Positions 26,150 through 36,586 of a DNA stretch of 56,497 bases are shown in pieces (positions within the stretch are counted from its first letter, which is position 1; every line of letters starts with the position of its first letter). Source of the DNA: Myxococcales bacterium (GTDB taxonomy: Bacteria > Myxococcota_A > UBA9042); NCBI GenBank assembly GCA_947499075.1, contig CANMNA010000003.1, positions 1 through 56,497 on the forward strand. The letters are read 5' to 3'. The position numbers and the translations under genes are program-made. The notes beneath the pieces were generated by a model that saw only the letters and a program-made list of their open reading frames with translations, did no database searches and had not been told where the DNA came from.

Positions 26150-26997
26150 CTACAAGCCCTGCTTTTCGGCCCACGGACCTATTTCATTGGGCGAAAGGTC
26201 GACGCGCAGGCGCAGCCGCGGACCAGATCGCCACGGAGACCAGTCTTTCTCGGGCGGACCCGCGCGGGTCATGGTGCAGATCGAGCCCATGCGAAATGTC
26301 CCGCCAGTGAGCATGTTGCGGGTGCCGTCGACGGCACAGCCAAGCTTGCCATCGGGCACCAACGCGCCGGGTGGCAGGGCGCCGGGCAGCACCTCCAGCC
26401 GTGTCTCGCAAGCGCGCATGTCGGCGTCGCTGACGTTCCAGTACATGCCCACCACCGACAACCGGCCGTTGGGTCGCTGGGTCAACAGCGGCAACTGCAG
26501 CAGCCGGCACAACTCGCGCACCCGCGGCCACTCTGGAATCTCGCCGTGATCGCGGGTCGCCATCGAGACTTGGCCGGGCACTTCGACCAAACCCTCGATC
26601 TTGCCGACCGATGGCCTGACCCGCTCGGGAGCTGGCGGCAGGCCCCACAGGTGTCCGCCCAGATCGATGAAGCGCTCGCCGGCCGACCACCACCGCAGCA
26701 CATAGCCGTACGGCCCCAGATAGCCGCGCTTGAGCGTGATGATCCGGACATTGGGGACCACCAGCGCCATCGCGCGCACTTTCATGGCCATCAGCGGCAA
26801 GATTGACCAGTGGCACGGGCTTGCGACGATGTACCCCAAATAATAGGGATGTTGGCCCTCAGGCGCGGTCGGCGCCGGGTCCAGCGTCAGGCCGGGCGGC
26901 AACCACGACTGCACCACCGCTGTGTCGACGTTGTGAAACGCGAGCGTGGCATCGAAGGCGCCGATCAAGTGAGCAAAACCGGGGTCGCGCCGAGCCA
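26150..26997 (-). CDS. Hypothetical protein, possibly acetoacetate-decarboxylase-like fold
   Basis: ATG 26997. 'VVQSWLPPGLTL' and 'DLGGHLWGLPP' resemble ADC-family motifs. This is a weak call. Confidence 0.45.
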
Positions 26998-27155
26998 TGT
27001 TCGCCAAGTTCCGAGCTGGGCTCGCCGTTGCGCTGCACTTGGTCCTGATTCGGCTATTCGCCAAACAATTCAGGCAGTTGCAGTGTTATACTGCTGAGGC
27101 ACGCGCCTCTTGTTGTCCAAGCGGCAAGGCCCTGCGGGGCCTGGATTTTGCGCGG

Positions 27156-28397
27156 TCAAGGCGGATACAGCAAGTGGCGCTGGCGAATCGCTGCAAAAGC
27201 AACAAGTTCTGCTTGCCAGCTGGCCTCGATCTGCAGCCACGGCGTGTGGGCCCGCAACATCTTGAGCACCCGGCTGTTGCCCCAGATCATCGCAAACCGG
27301 TTGTCGCTGGAGACTTTGAGCTGGCTGCCAAACTCGTTGTGCAGCACCGCCAACAGCGCCAGCGCCAGCCGCAGCGGCCGAAACCCGTGGGTCTGCAACA
27401 AGTGAATCTGGATACCGTGGGTAATCTTGCCCTTGTACTGCCCGTGCCACGGCAGCCACGAACTCGCGCGGATGCGTACATGCTCCAGACCCTGGACGCC
27501 AGAGATGGCAGTGGTGACCGCGGTCGCGAGTTTTTCGCCGTCCATCCATGGTGCGCCAATCAACTCAAACGGCATGGCGTTGCCACCGCCTTCGTTGCAG
27601 TTTGGCCCCGAGCCACACACCATGCCAGTCGCAACATACATATACGCATTCAGAGGTTTGGGGATACCGGGAGAAGTCGGCACCCACACCAGCCCGGTGT
27701 CGTCCCAAATCATCGCCCGGCGCCACCCTTGCATCTGCACCACTTCGAGATCGCAACCAATCTTGAGCTCGGCGTTGTAAAACCGGGCCACTTCGCCAAA
27801 AGTCATGCCGTGCGTGACGGGAAAGGGGCCCCAACCCAGCAAGCTCTTGTGGGCAGGCTCGCGCACCGGGCCTTCAAACAGCAGACCACCCAGCGGGTTG
27901 GGCCGGTCGAGCACCAGCAGCTTGACCTTGTTGGCAGCGCAAGCCTGCATGACCTTGCCCAGTGTCGACACGTAGGTGTAGGTCCGCGAGCCGATGTCTT
28001 GCAGATCAAACAGCACGACGTCGACCCGCTGCAGCGTCTCGTCGCTCGGCGCCGTGCGCTCGCCAAACAGCCCCTCGATCGGCAGCCCGGTGTGCGGCTC
28101 GATGCCCGGTGCGTTGCTCGTGCCATTGAGCGTGGCGGCCGCCAGCCCGTGCTCAGGCGCCCACAACTGCGTAAGCTTGATGCGCTTGTCGGCGCGCAGG
28201 CGATCGAGCGTACTGACCAACTGGCGATCGACTGCCGCCGGATTGGTCAACAAGCCCAAGCGCTTGCCTGCAACGAGGGCAATCTTGTCGGTGAGCAGGA
28301 CTTCGATGCCGGGCACCACCGTCTCGGCACTCCACGCCACACTGCTCGCAGCAAACAGGGCCAGGGCAACGACGATTGGGGCAAAAAAGCGGGTCAT
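27156..28397 (-). CDS. DUF1343 family protein (exo-beta-N-acetylmuramidase NamZ-like)
   Basis: Signal 'MTRFFAPIVVALALFAASSVAWS'. 'GKRLGLLTNPAAVD', 'VVLFDLQDIGSRTYTY', 'LVLDRPNPLGG' DUF1343 motifs. ATG overlaps the greB stop (ATGA). Confidence 0.85.
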   Translation of the reverse strand: MTRFFAPIVVALALFAASSVAWSAETVVPGIEVLLTDKIALVAGKRLGLLTNPAAVDRQLVSTLDRLRADKRIKLTQLWAPEHGLAAATLNGTSNAPGIEPHTGLPIEGLFGERTAPSDETLQRVDVVLFDLQDIGSRTYTYVSTLGKVMQACAANKVKLLVLDRPNPLGGLLFEGPVREPAHKSLLGWGPFPVTHGMTFGEVARFYNAELKIGCDLEVVQMQGWRRAMIWDDTGLVWVPTSPGIPKPLNAYMYVATGMVCGSGPNCNEGGGNAMPFELIGAPWMDGEKLATAVTTAISGVQGLEHVRIRASSWLPWHGQYKGKITHGIQIHLLQTHGFRPLRLALALLAVLHNEFGSQLKVSSDNRFAMIWGNSRVLKMLRAHTPWLQIEASWQAELVAFAAIRQRHLLYPP

Positions 28398-28918
28398 GGG
28401 TAGGCAATCTCCACGATGCAATAGGTCCGGACGCCGCCCGGGGTCACGATGCGCGCCTCGTCGTCGATTTGCTTGCCGATGAGTGCACTGCCCACCGGCG
28501 AACGGATGCTGATGTGACCGCTGGCGAGGTCAATTTCGTCCTGACCGACGATGGTCCAGCGCTTGGTCGCGCCCGCGTGATCTTGGACCGTTACGGTTGC
28601 GCCAAAGTAGACGGTGTCGCGGCGGCGCTGGACAGCAGGATCGACGACCACCATCGACTGCAGGCGCTTTTCGAGAAAATGCAGGCGGCGATCGATCTCG
28701 CGCAGCCTGCGCTTGCCGTAAATGTACTCGGCGTTTTCACTGCGATCGCCCTGAGCTGCGGCATCCGCAACTTCGCGCGTGACCCGTGGTCGCTCGCCGC
28801 GCAGCAACGCCGTGTGCTCGGCTTCAAATCGCGCCTTGCCCGCAGGCGTGACGTAGTTGGGACCGGCAGCGCGGTCGGGCGGGTCGTCGTCGACATCATC
28901 AGGCTCAAGCTCAGTCAT
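28394..28918 (-). CDS. greB: Transcription elongation factor GreB
   Basis: '[30 protein letters not shown]' closely parallels E. coli GreB '[26 protein letters not shown]'. The C-terminal '[14 protein letters not shown]' motif is also present. Confidence 0.9.
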   Translation of the reverse strand: [174 protein letters not shown]

Positions 28919-29064
28919 CGCCAGTCGCTGCGCCCGCTGCGGGACCCGGTGATTGTGCCCGATCAGCGCGGCGTGTCGAGTTTGCCCGCGGCGATCGCTC
29001 GGTCGCGCGATCCAGTGGCACGCGCTTGCGATGCAGCGCTTTCGGCCTTACCCTTGCCGACGCG

Positions 29065-30264
29065 ATGGCCAATCTGAACGAACCGCGACTGTCCTTTGAA
29101 AACCCCGAGGAGGTTGTCAGCAAGAGCGTGTCGGCCACGCCCGCCGAGGGCGCTGCGTCGGCAGCGGCGCCGCGGCGATGGGTCGCACCGTCGCTGGCGT
29201 CGCCGGATCTGGACCCGGAGCCTGCGCCCGGCTCGGCGGCCAAGGCGACGATGACAACGCAGGCCGTCGTCGAAGCCGCGTGGGTCGCCGACGTGACCAG
29301 TCGGGCGCCTGTCCCGGCGCGCACTTGGGCGCTGGTTGGCCTGATTGCGCTATTGACGGCCGTGGCCGTGCCTGTGGCATCCCAGTGGCGTCACCAACGG
29401 GTAGCGCCCGACACCGAGAGCCTGCAGGCCGCCGCAGCGGCGATTGGCCGCGACTTGCGGGCGCAGGACGCGGTGGCGTTCTGGCCAGCGTGGTCGGCCC
29501 ACCAGCCCGCGGTCTTTGCAGCGCAATGGCAGCGGCACAAACTGGATTTCTCGGCGGCGTTGGTGCTCGGCGAGCCCCTGCAACAGTGGGACTGCGATGG
29601 CAAGGAGCGGCTGTGGGTGGTGTCTACCCACGACAAGCTTGGGCATGTCCAGCTACCAGGAGCCCGCGAGCTAAGCCGAGCAGCGCTCGGTCACGGCACC
29701 GGTCTGGTGCTGTTCGAACTACCTAAAACGCGGACTGTTTTCGATTTTCGCAAGAACCTGCGGATGGCCGATCACGCGATTTTTCGAGCCGGAGCACCGC
29801 CGGATACATGGCAGCATTGCCCATGGAAGGACGATCCCAGCCCCAACTACGAGGGAGGCCTGCACGACTGCGCCAGTCAGGACTGGAAGAGCAGCTGGGC
29901 CACGCTGCACGAGGTCGGCAACACGCGCCGCGAGGGCATTTTCGTGCACCCGCCGTTTGAGGACGGCGTGCTGCGCCTGACCTACGACAATTTGCCGCCC
30001 GGCGCGGTGGTGGCCGGCCGATTTGGCAACCGGCTGTGGGCGGTGCGGCACGGCAACGAAGGCGGGCCGGTCCACCTCAAGGTGCTGGCGCGCGAGCGGG
30101 TCATCTACGAAAAGACCATCGCTCCTGACGACTTCGGTTGGCATGCCTTTGAAGCACGCCTGACCAGCCCCGATGTGGGTGGCCCGATCAGCTTTGAGAT
30201 CTCGGGCGCCAAAGACGCGTGGCGCGAAGCCGTGCTCGACGCCCGCCTGCTCTCGGTGCCGTAG
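29065..30264 (+). CDS. Hypothetical membrane-anchored protein
   Basis: ATG 29065. TM 'WALVGLIALLTAVAVPVA'. GC3-rich. No family recognised. Confidence 0.55.
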   Translation: MANLNEPRLSFENPEEVVSKSVSATPAEGAASAAAPRRWVAPSLASPDLDPEPAPGSAAKATMTTQAVVEAAWVADVTSRAPVPARTWALVGLIALLTAVAVPVASQWRHQRVAPDTESLQAAAAAIGRDLRAQDAVAFWPAWSAHQPAVFAAQWQRHKLDFSAALVLGEPLQQWDCDGKERLWVVSTHDKLGHVQLPGARELSRAALGHGTGLVLFELPKTRTVFDFRKNLRMADHAIFRAGAPPDTWQHCPWKDDPSPNYEGGLHDCASQDWKSSWATLHEVGNTRREGIFVHPPFEDGVLRLTYDNLPPGAVVAGRFGNRLWAVRHGNEGGPVHLKVLARERVIYEKTIAPDDFGWHAFEARLTSPDVGGPISFEISGAKDAWREAVLDARLLSVP

Positions 30265-31392
30265 GTGACCGTCGATCTGCAGCGCCAGACCGCGTTGCTT
30301 GGCTGGTATGCGCGCCACGCGCGGCGGCTGCCGTGGCGGGCACCGACTGGACAACTCGCTGATCCGTATGGCGTCGTCGTGTCTGAGCTCATGCTACAGC
30401 AGACCCGCGTCGACACGGTCATCGACTACTTTGCGCGGTGGGTGCAGCGTTGGCCGCACTGGCAAGCGCTTGCGGCAGCGCCGCTGGACGACGTGCTGGC
30501 CCAGTGGACCGGGCTGGGCTACTACAACCGTGCCCGCAACCTGCACCGCACGGCGCAAACGGTGGTGGCCGAGTACGGCGGGGTGCTGCCCCGCGACGTG
30601 GCGGCACTCGCCGCGCTGCCCGGCTTGGGACCGTACACCGTGGGGGCAGTGCGCTCGATCGCGTTTGGCCAGCCGGCGGCGCTGGTCGATGGCAACGTCG
30701 CACGGGTGCTGGCGCGCTGGTATGGCCTGCGCCACGACCCGATGGCTGGGACCGGTAAGGCCCAAGTATGGCAGTGGGCCGCCGATCACCTGCAACCCGC
30801 TACCGCAGCGTGCCAGCATCCGCAGGACTGGAATCAGGCTCTGATGGAGCTGGGCGCCACCGTTTGCACACCCAAGCAGCCGCAGTGCCAGCAGTGTCCG
30901 GTGGCGACCGGTTGCGTGGCGCACGCCCTGGACTTGACGTTGGCGATCCCGCCGCCCCGCCAGCGCACCACAGTCGTGCCGATCGCGGCGTGCTATTACG
31001 CCGTGCAACGGCTGCCGCAACCGCAGGATAGGGATGGCATCTTGGTGCTGCTCGGCAAGCGCGGTGAGCACGGGCGCTGGGCCGGGCTGTGGGAGCCGCC
31101 GGGCGCCGAAGGGCCAGATGCCGCCGCGCAGATGCTCACGTTTGCCGAGCAGTGCGGCCTGCAGGCGCAGCGGCCGTTGCCGACGCTGGTGCATGTGCTG
31201 ACCCACCGCCGCTATGCGGTGCAGGCGACTGCCGGGACCCTGGGCGATCGGCCGTTGCCTGACCCGGCGCATTGGGGCTACACCGCCTGGCGGTGGACGA
31301 CCGTGGCCGAGGCGCTAGCCAACACCAGCGGTCTGTCGCGCCTAGGCCAGAAAATTGTTGGTCTTCTGGCCGCACCGCCGCCGTTGTTGTAG
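30265..31392 (+). CDS. mutY: A/G-specific adenine DNA glycosylase MutY
   Basis: 'LLGWYARHARRLPWR', HhH 'LPGLGPYTVGAV', Fe-S cluster 'CTPKQPQCQQCPVATGC', and a C-terminal NUDIX-like domain. Confidence 0.9.
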   Translation: MTVDLQRQTALLGWYARHARRLPWRAPTGQLADPYGVVVSELMLQQTRVDTVIDYFARWVQRWPHWQALAAAPLDDVLAQWTGLGYYNRARNLHRTAQTVVAEYGGVLPRDVAALAALPGLGPYTVGAVRSIAFGQPAALVDGNVARVLARWYGLRHDPMAGTGKAQVWQWAADHLQPATAACQHPQDWNQALMELGATVCTPKQPQCQQCPVATGCVAHALDLTLAIPPPRQRTTVVPIAACYYAVQRLPQPQDRDGILVLLGKRGEHGRWAGLWEPPGAEGPDAAAQMLTFAEQCGLQAQRPLPTLVHVLTHRRYAVQATAGTLGDRPLPDPAHWGYTAWRWTTVAEALANTSGLSRLGQKIVGLLAAPPPLL

Positions 31393-31506
31393 CCGCCTGA
31401 CCCCGACCTTACACACCTTCGCATTGCGCCCAGTCGGCTGGGCTTGCCAGTGGCCAAAATGCTGGCATTGTGTGACCCCCGGCCGGCGCGCCGGCATGAG
31501 ACGGCC

Positions 31507-32874
31507 ATGGGCATCACGTTCGTCGAAAAAGGGGACCGCAGCCGTGTGCGTGCCCACGCCAAGTCCGGGCTGGTGCTGGCGGGCGGGGCGATTTCGGGCG
31601 GGGCGTTCAAGATCGGTGGCCTGATAGCCCTGAACACCTACCTCGGCAACCGCAGTGTGCTGGATTTCGACATCTACGTTGGGATCTCGGCCGGCGCGTT
31701 TCTGGCCGCACCGCTGGCGTCGGGCATCGGCCCAGAAGAGTTGCTCAAGTCGCTCGAAGGGGCATCCAAGAAAATCGGCCAGTTTTCGCCGCTGGACTTT
31801 TACCGACCCAATTGGCGCGAGTACCTGACGCGACCGGCGCGGATCGGGCTGGACGCCGCACTGTTGTCGCCGGCGGTCTTGCAGACGATCTGGCACGAAC
31901 TGCGCCACAACCGGCCCGAGCTCATCGACCGCTGTCGCGCGTTTGCCCGCGATCCTGGGCTGCGCACGGCCGAGAACTTGGTGGCGCCGCTGGTCGAAGA
32001 CGCCGCGCTGCGCACCGGTTTTGGCAGCGGCCGCAGCTACTTGCCGTCGGGCTTGTTCGACAATTCGGGCATTGAGCGCTTTACCCGCGACGCGCTGCAC
32101 AAGAACCACATTCCCAACGACTTTCGACTCTTGCACTTGGAGCGCGGCAATTCGCTGTACATCGGCGCCACCAATCTGAACACCGGCGAGGGCGTCACGT
32201 TTGGCCACGACGACGACACTTCGGTCACCATCAGCGAAGCGGTGCAGGCCTCCACTGCGATTCCTGGCTTTTACAAGCCGGCCAAGATCCGCGGTCAGGA
32301 GTACCTCGACGGCGGCGTCCGGCGCACCGCCAACATCAGCCAAGCGACCGATCGCGGCGCGCAATTGGTGTTTGTGTACAATCCGTTTCGTCCGTTTGTC
32401 AACTACCACGCCGACCAACTGCTCAACAACAAGGCGTCGCTGTCTGACATGGGCATCGGCACCGTGATCAACCAGGCGTTTCGAACCATGTTGCACACGC
32501 GGCTGATGCTTGGCATTGAAAAGCTCAATCTTGACAAAGATTTTAGCGGCGACGTCATTCTGCTTGAGCCCAGCGAGACCGACATCAAGTTCTTCAACAC
32601 CAACCCGCTCAATTTCTGGCAGCGCGCAGAGAGTGCGCTGCACGGCTACGTGTCGGCGACCGAAGCCATTGTGCGCCACCATGACCGGCTCAAGTCGATT
32701 CTGGAAAGCTATGGGGTGCGCACCGATCTGGCGCGCCTGCAGCAGCGTATCGAAGACATCCGCCGCCACAATTACGACAGCCGGTCGATCATGAAAGAGC
32801 TGCAGCGCGAAGTGCATCCCAGCGTGAGCGACAAGCAGATCACACCGCCCAGCCTCAAAGTCGTGCGCGCCTAA
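31507..32874 (+). CDS. Patatin-like phospholipase
   Basis: 'GLVLAGGAISGGAFKIGG', GxSxG 'GISAGA', 'YLDGGV' catalytic Asp motif. The track ORF start (31444) is also possible. Confidence 0.8.
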   Translation: MGITFVEKGDRSRVRAHAKSGLVLAGGAISGGAFKIGGLIALNTYLGNRSVLDFDIYVGISAGAFLAAPLASGIGPEELLKSLEGASKKIGQFSPLDFYRPNWREYLTRPARIGLDAALLSPAVLQTIWHELRHNRPELIDRCRAFARDPGLRTAENLVAPLVEDAALRTGFGSGRSYLPSGLFDNSGIERFTRDALHKNHIPNDFRLLHLERGNSLYIGATNLNTGEGVTFGHDDDTSVTISEAVQASTAIPGFYKPAKIRGQEYLDGGVRRTANISQATDRGAQLVFVYNPFRPFVNYHADQLLNNKASLSDMGIGTVINQAFRTMLHTRLMLGIEKLNLDKDFSGDVILLEPSETDIKFFNTNPLNFWQRAESALHGYVSATEAIVRHHDRLKSILESYGVRTDLARLQQRIEDIRRHNYDSRSIMKELQREVHPSVSDKQITPPSLKVVRA

Positions 32875-32939
32875 AATCTGCGCGCGCACCTGTGGCAACA
32901 CATCGGTCTGGGTCACCCGACCTGAGCCAGGAGGCAATC

Positions 32940-34304
32940 ATGGTCAAGAAACTGTTTGGGACCGATGGCGTGCGCGGCGAGGCCAACTCGGGCGTGATGA
33001 CTGTCGAAAACGCCGTGCAAATTGGCCGTGCCATTGGCCTGCTGTGCCGCAACCGTGCCACGCATGCCCGTGTGCGGGTGCTGATTGGCAAGGACACGCG
33101 CCGCTCGGGCTACCTGTTTGAGAACGCCATGGTGGCCGGGCTGTGCTCGGTGGGCGCCGACCCGTACTTGGTGGGCCCGCTGCCGACGCCGGGCATCGCG
33201 TTTATGACCGTGGGCATGCGTGCCGATGCCGGCGTGGTGATCTCGGCCTCGCACAACCCGTACCAGGACAACGGCATCAAGGTCTTTGGCGCCGATGGCT
33301 TTAAACTCGCCGACGAAGACGAGGCCCAGATCGAGGCTTGGGTGGCAGATCCGGCGCCGCTGTATGCCGCATTGGCCAGCGGAGGTGGCATCGGCCGCGC
33401 CTACCGTGTCGACGATGCCTGGGGGCGCTACACCGTCAAGCTCAAGACGACATTTCCCAATGATTTAACGCTAGACGGCATCAAGATTGGCGTCGATCCG
33501 GCCAACGGTGCCGCCTACAAAGTGGCGCCGATGGTCTTGGAAGAATTGGGCGCGCAGGTCGTGCTGCTCAACGCAAGGCCGGACGGCACCAACATCAACG
33601 ACAACGCAGGGGCCTTGCATCCCGAGGCGTTGGCCAAAGCGGTCGTCGCCAACGGATGCCACATCGGCTTGGCTCTCGACGGCGACGCCGATCGGCTGGT
33701 GCTGTGCGACGAAACGGGCCGCATTGTCGACGGCGACCACATCATGGCGATGTGCGCGCCGCGCATGAAGATTCGCGGCGATCTGCGCGGGCACACCGTG
33801 GTCGCGACGGTCATGAGCAATTTTGGCTTGGAGCTGGCGCTGCGCGAGCACGGCATTGCGCTGCTGCGTACCGATGTGGGCGATCGCCAAGTAGTGGAAG
33901 CGATGCGCAAGGGCGGTTTTGCGCTGGGCGGCGAGCAGTCTGGGCACTTGGTGTTTCTCGACCACGCGACCACCGGCGACGGGGTGCTGGCGGCGCTGCA
34001 GGTGCTGGCGATCGCCGTGCGCGAGCAGCGACCGGTGTCCGAACTGGCCCGCGCGATGACCACCGTGCCGCAAGTGCTCATCAATTTGGCGGTGCGCGAC
34101 AAGCCGCCGATTGCGAGTATGCCGGCGGTGTCGGGCGCGATTGGTGATGTCGAGCGGGCGCTGCAGGGGTTTGGCCGGGTGCTGGTGCGCTACAGCGGCA
34201 CCGAGCGCAAGTGCCGGGTGATGGTCGAGGGCCCAAACGAGGCCGATGTGCAGCGCCACGCCCGGCACATCGCCGATCAGGTGGTCAGCGCGATCGGGGC
34301 TTGA
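32940..34304 (+). CDS. glmM: Phosphoglucosamine mutase GlmM
   Basis: 'KKLFGTDGVRGEAN', phosphoserine loop 'SASHNPYQDNGIKVF', 'LALDGDADRL', 'GGEQSGH'. Confidence 0.92.
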   Translation: MVKKLFGTDGVRGEANSGVMTVENAVQIGRAIGLLCRNRATHARVRVLIGKDTRRSGYLFENAMVAGLCSVGADPYLVGPLPTPGIAFMTVGMRADAGVVISASHNPYQDNGIKVFGADGFKLADEDEAQIEAWVADPAPLYAALASGGGIGRAYRVDDAWGRYTVKLKTTFPNDLTLDGIKIGVDPANGAAYKVAPMVLEELGAQVVLLNARPDGTNINDNAGALHPEALAKAVVANGCHIGLALDGDADRLVLCDETGRIVDGDHIMAMCAPRMKIRGDLRGHTVVATVMSNFGLELALREHGIALLRTDVGDRQVVEAMRKGGFALGGEQSGHLVFLDHATTGDGVLAALQVLAIAVREQRPVSELARAMTTVPQVLINLAVRDKPPIASMPAVSGAIGDVERALQGFGRVLVRYSGTERKCRVMVEGPNEADVQRHARHIADQVVSAIGA

Positions 34305-34436
34305 GCTACATGGGGTGTCTAGACCCCGGCTGTGTCGCGCAATTTGACCGAGCCGCAGGGCATGGGTAGCGTGGACCCCAGCCCTTTCCCCAGTGTCCTA
34401 GGCAGCACCCGATGGACGGCTCTTACCCCACCGCTT

Positions 34437-34470
34437 GCGCTCCCAGCGCTGCGTTTTCATTTGTTTCTCT
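34437..34470 (+). terminator. Terminator-like hairpin plus T-rich tract about 130 nt after glmM
   Basis: GCGCT-ccc-AGCGC (34437-34449) followed by tgcgTTTTCATTTGTTTCTCTC. Confidence 0.35.
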
Positions 34471-34682
34471 CAGTGGTCGGACCAGTGCCGCGCCCCTGCG
34501 CTTGCCGCTGACCGGTCGCGCGGTGGCGTTGACCGATTGGTTGGACACGCAGTCCAGTGCACTACAGGTGCACCAGTATGAGGGGCTGCGCGACGATCCG
34601 ACGCGCGACCCGCCGGCGCCGCTGCTGTTTGGCAAGCGACGGCGGTGGGGCGATACCGGAATCTGGCGGGTGAGCTTTGTGC

Positions 34683-35423
34683 CTACTTGCCCGACTTGCC
34701 CTCTTTGATCCGCAAGTCCGGGTTCTCCTGCTGCATAAACCGCCAAAACGTCATGATAAACCGGCGCTCCAGCTTGCCGCGCCGCGTCTGTGGCTCGTGC
34801 CCCGGCGCCAGCAGCTTGTCGAGCCGGTCGTTCAGGCTCGCCAGCGCTTTTTGCGACTTGTGCAGCTTCTCGAGCACGCTCTCGTCAAACGGGTTCTTGG
34901 ACTCCTCGGCCGCGGCGCGCTGCAGTTGCCGGTCCAGCGCTTTGGCCATCAGCGCTGCCTGATCCTGATCCAGCCCCGTCTCGGCCGCTTGCTTGAGCTC
35001 CTCGCGGGCGCCCGACACCAAGTCGGCAAACGCCGCGTCGAGGTGCTTGACCGCCGTCTCGGCAATGTCCTGTGTATACTGCACAACCATCGTTTCAATG
35101 GCCGTACGCAGCACCGGCGGCAGCTCGCGCACCACGGTATCGCCAACGTAGCGCGCCACCCGCGGCGCCTCAGTTTGGATCACGTTCTTGGCCGAGCGCT
35201 TCCAGTCGGGCAAGCTGACTTCGACAAAACCTGCCATCGCATCTGCTAAGTTGTCGGGTTGGGTCATGTGGCGCACGGCTGAGTACAGCCACGTCATGTA
35301 GCAAAACACCAGCAAGACCAAGACGATGCTCAAAATCGCGGTCCGCTTGCGCTGGCGGTGCAGGGTCAGGAAATCGGTTTGCAGGTAGTCACGCGCAGTT
35401 TGCGCGGCGGCAGGCGTGTTCAT
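34683..35423 (-). CDS. Hypothetical membrane protein
   Basis: 246 aa. TM 'AILSIVLVLLVFCYMTWLY'. Start overlaps the upstream gene stop by 4 nt. Confidence 0.6.
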   Translation of the reverse strand: MNTPAAAQTARDYLQTDFLTLHRQRKRTAILSIVLVLLVFCYMTWLYSAVRHMTQPDNLADAMAGFVEVSLPDWKRSAKNVIQTEAPRVARYVGDTVVRELPPVLRTAIETMVVQYTQDIAETAVKHLDAAFADLVSGAREELKQAAETGLDQDQAALMAKALDRQLQRAAAEESKNPFDESVLEKLHKSQKALASLNDRLDKLLAPGHEPQTRRGKLERRFIMTFWRFMQQENPDLRIKEGKSGK

Positions 35424-36343
35424 GGCTGCACCTCCTTGGCCGGCTTGGCTTGCTTGTCCGCTGGTGGTTGCTTGTCCGCTGGTGGTTGCTTGTCCGCTGG
35501 TGATTGCTTGTCGGGCTGGGCCTTCTTGGCGTCACCGCCATCGTCCAGCACGGTTTCTCCTTCGGGGCCATTGATGGCTTCTTCAAAAATTTCAAGCCAC
35601 ATCGACAGCATTTGCTCGGGCGAGATGCGCATGTGTTTCTCGGCCTGCACGCCGACCACGTCGCCGGGGGTCGCACCGGCGGGCAGCGCCTTGCCGTCGC
35701 CATCGGCCTTGGCAATCGCGGCCACATCGACCGCCGCCAGCTTCTGCAGCGTGGTCTTGAGGCGGTCGAGCTCGACCAGGTGCTTCTGAAAAGTCGTGGT
35801 CAGCTGTTTGCGCGCCCACTCGTGGGTGCCGGCGGCCAAGGCATCAAGCAACGCTTCGGTTTTCTTGGGATCCTTGACAAGCTCGGGCAGCTCTTGCTGC
35901 AGCCGGGCAACCTGGGCCCGCTTGAGGTCACGCATGCGTACGTCCAGGACCCCCTGCATCTTATTGGGCAGCTCGTCGCGCAAGCGCTGGACTTCCTTGT
36001 CGACCTTGTGGCCAAACTGGTCCAGGACCTTGCTGGCTTCGGTCTCCAGAGCCTTGCTCACCACCGGTCCCGCTTCCTGACCGACCTCCTGCACCGCTTT
36101 TTGGACCTTGGGCGTCAGCCCAGAGACCCGCTTCTCGATGGCATTGCCGAGCTTGTCGCCGTCAATCGCCTTGATGGTAGCGCGGATCCCCAAGACGTAG
36201 CAGCCAATGATCAGCAGCACGCCCAGCGGCATCCAGGTCCGCAAGCGCCGCACGTGGACTTGGGCCGCAGCATGGGCGGCATTGAGCTCGGCGTCGCTCC
36301 AGTCAGCGGCATTGGGTGGTCGGGAAAACCAGGACATGGGCAC
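35420..36343 (-). CDS. Hypothetical membrane protein with helical domain and (KQPPAD)n tail
   Basis: 307 aa. TM 'MPLGVLLIIGCYVLGI'. C-terminal 'DKQSPADKQPPADKQPPADKQ'. Confidence 0.6.
   Translation of the reverse strand: MPMSWFSRPPNAADWSDAELNAAHAAAQVHVRRLRTWMPLGVLLIIGCYVLGIRATIKAIDGDKLGNAIEKRVSGLTPKVQKAVQEVGQEAGPVVSKALETEASKVLDQFGHKVDKEVQRLRDELPNKMQGVLDVRMRDLKRAQVARLQQELPELVKDPKKTEALLDALAAGTHEWARKQLTTTFQKHLVELDRLKTTLQKLAAVDVAAIAKADGDGKALPAGATPGDVVGVQAEKHMRISPEQMLSMWLEIFEEAINGPEGETVLDDGGDAKKAQPDKQSPADKQPPADKQPPADKQAKPAKEVQP
35452..35519. repeat. 18-bp in-frame tandem repeat x3.8
   Basis: GCTTGTCCGCTGGTGGTT at 35452 and 35470, a variant (GATT) at 35488, and a partial fourth unit. Confidence 0.85.
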
Positions 36344-36586
36344 CTCCAGGGGGCCGCGTCAAGGGACGCGACCGCATTGGCCCGTGCTGCACAGCTGCGA
36401 TGACGGCGAGGGCACCACGGGTGGAGCAAGGGCTGATTTACCGGCGCGATCGGGGGCGAGCGTCAGTGATGCGGGCGAGTATAGCGTAGCCATCGGGGAG
36501 CACAAGCTTTGGCGCCACAAAGGTCAATGTCGGTACAGTAGTTCGGTATGCGGGACCAAGCACGATTGTTGGGAACTGTGAAGCCG

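Noticed and set aside
31342-32937. 531-aa minus-strand ORF
   Set aside because: It is antisense to the patatin-like gene (GxSxG and DG motifs on the + strand) and has no motifs of its own.
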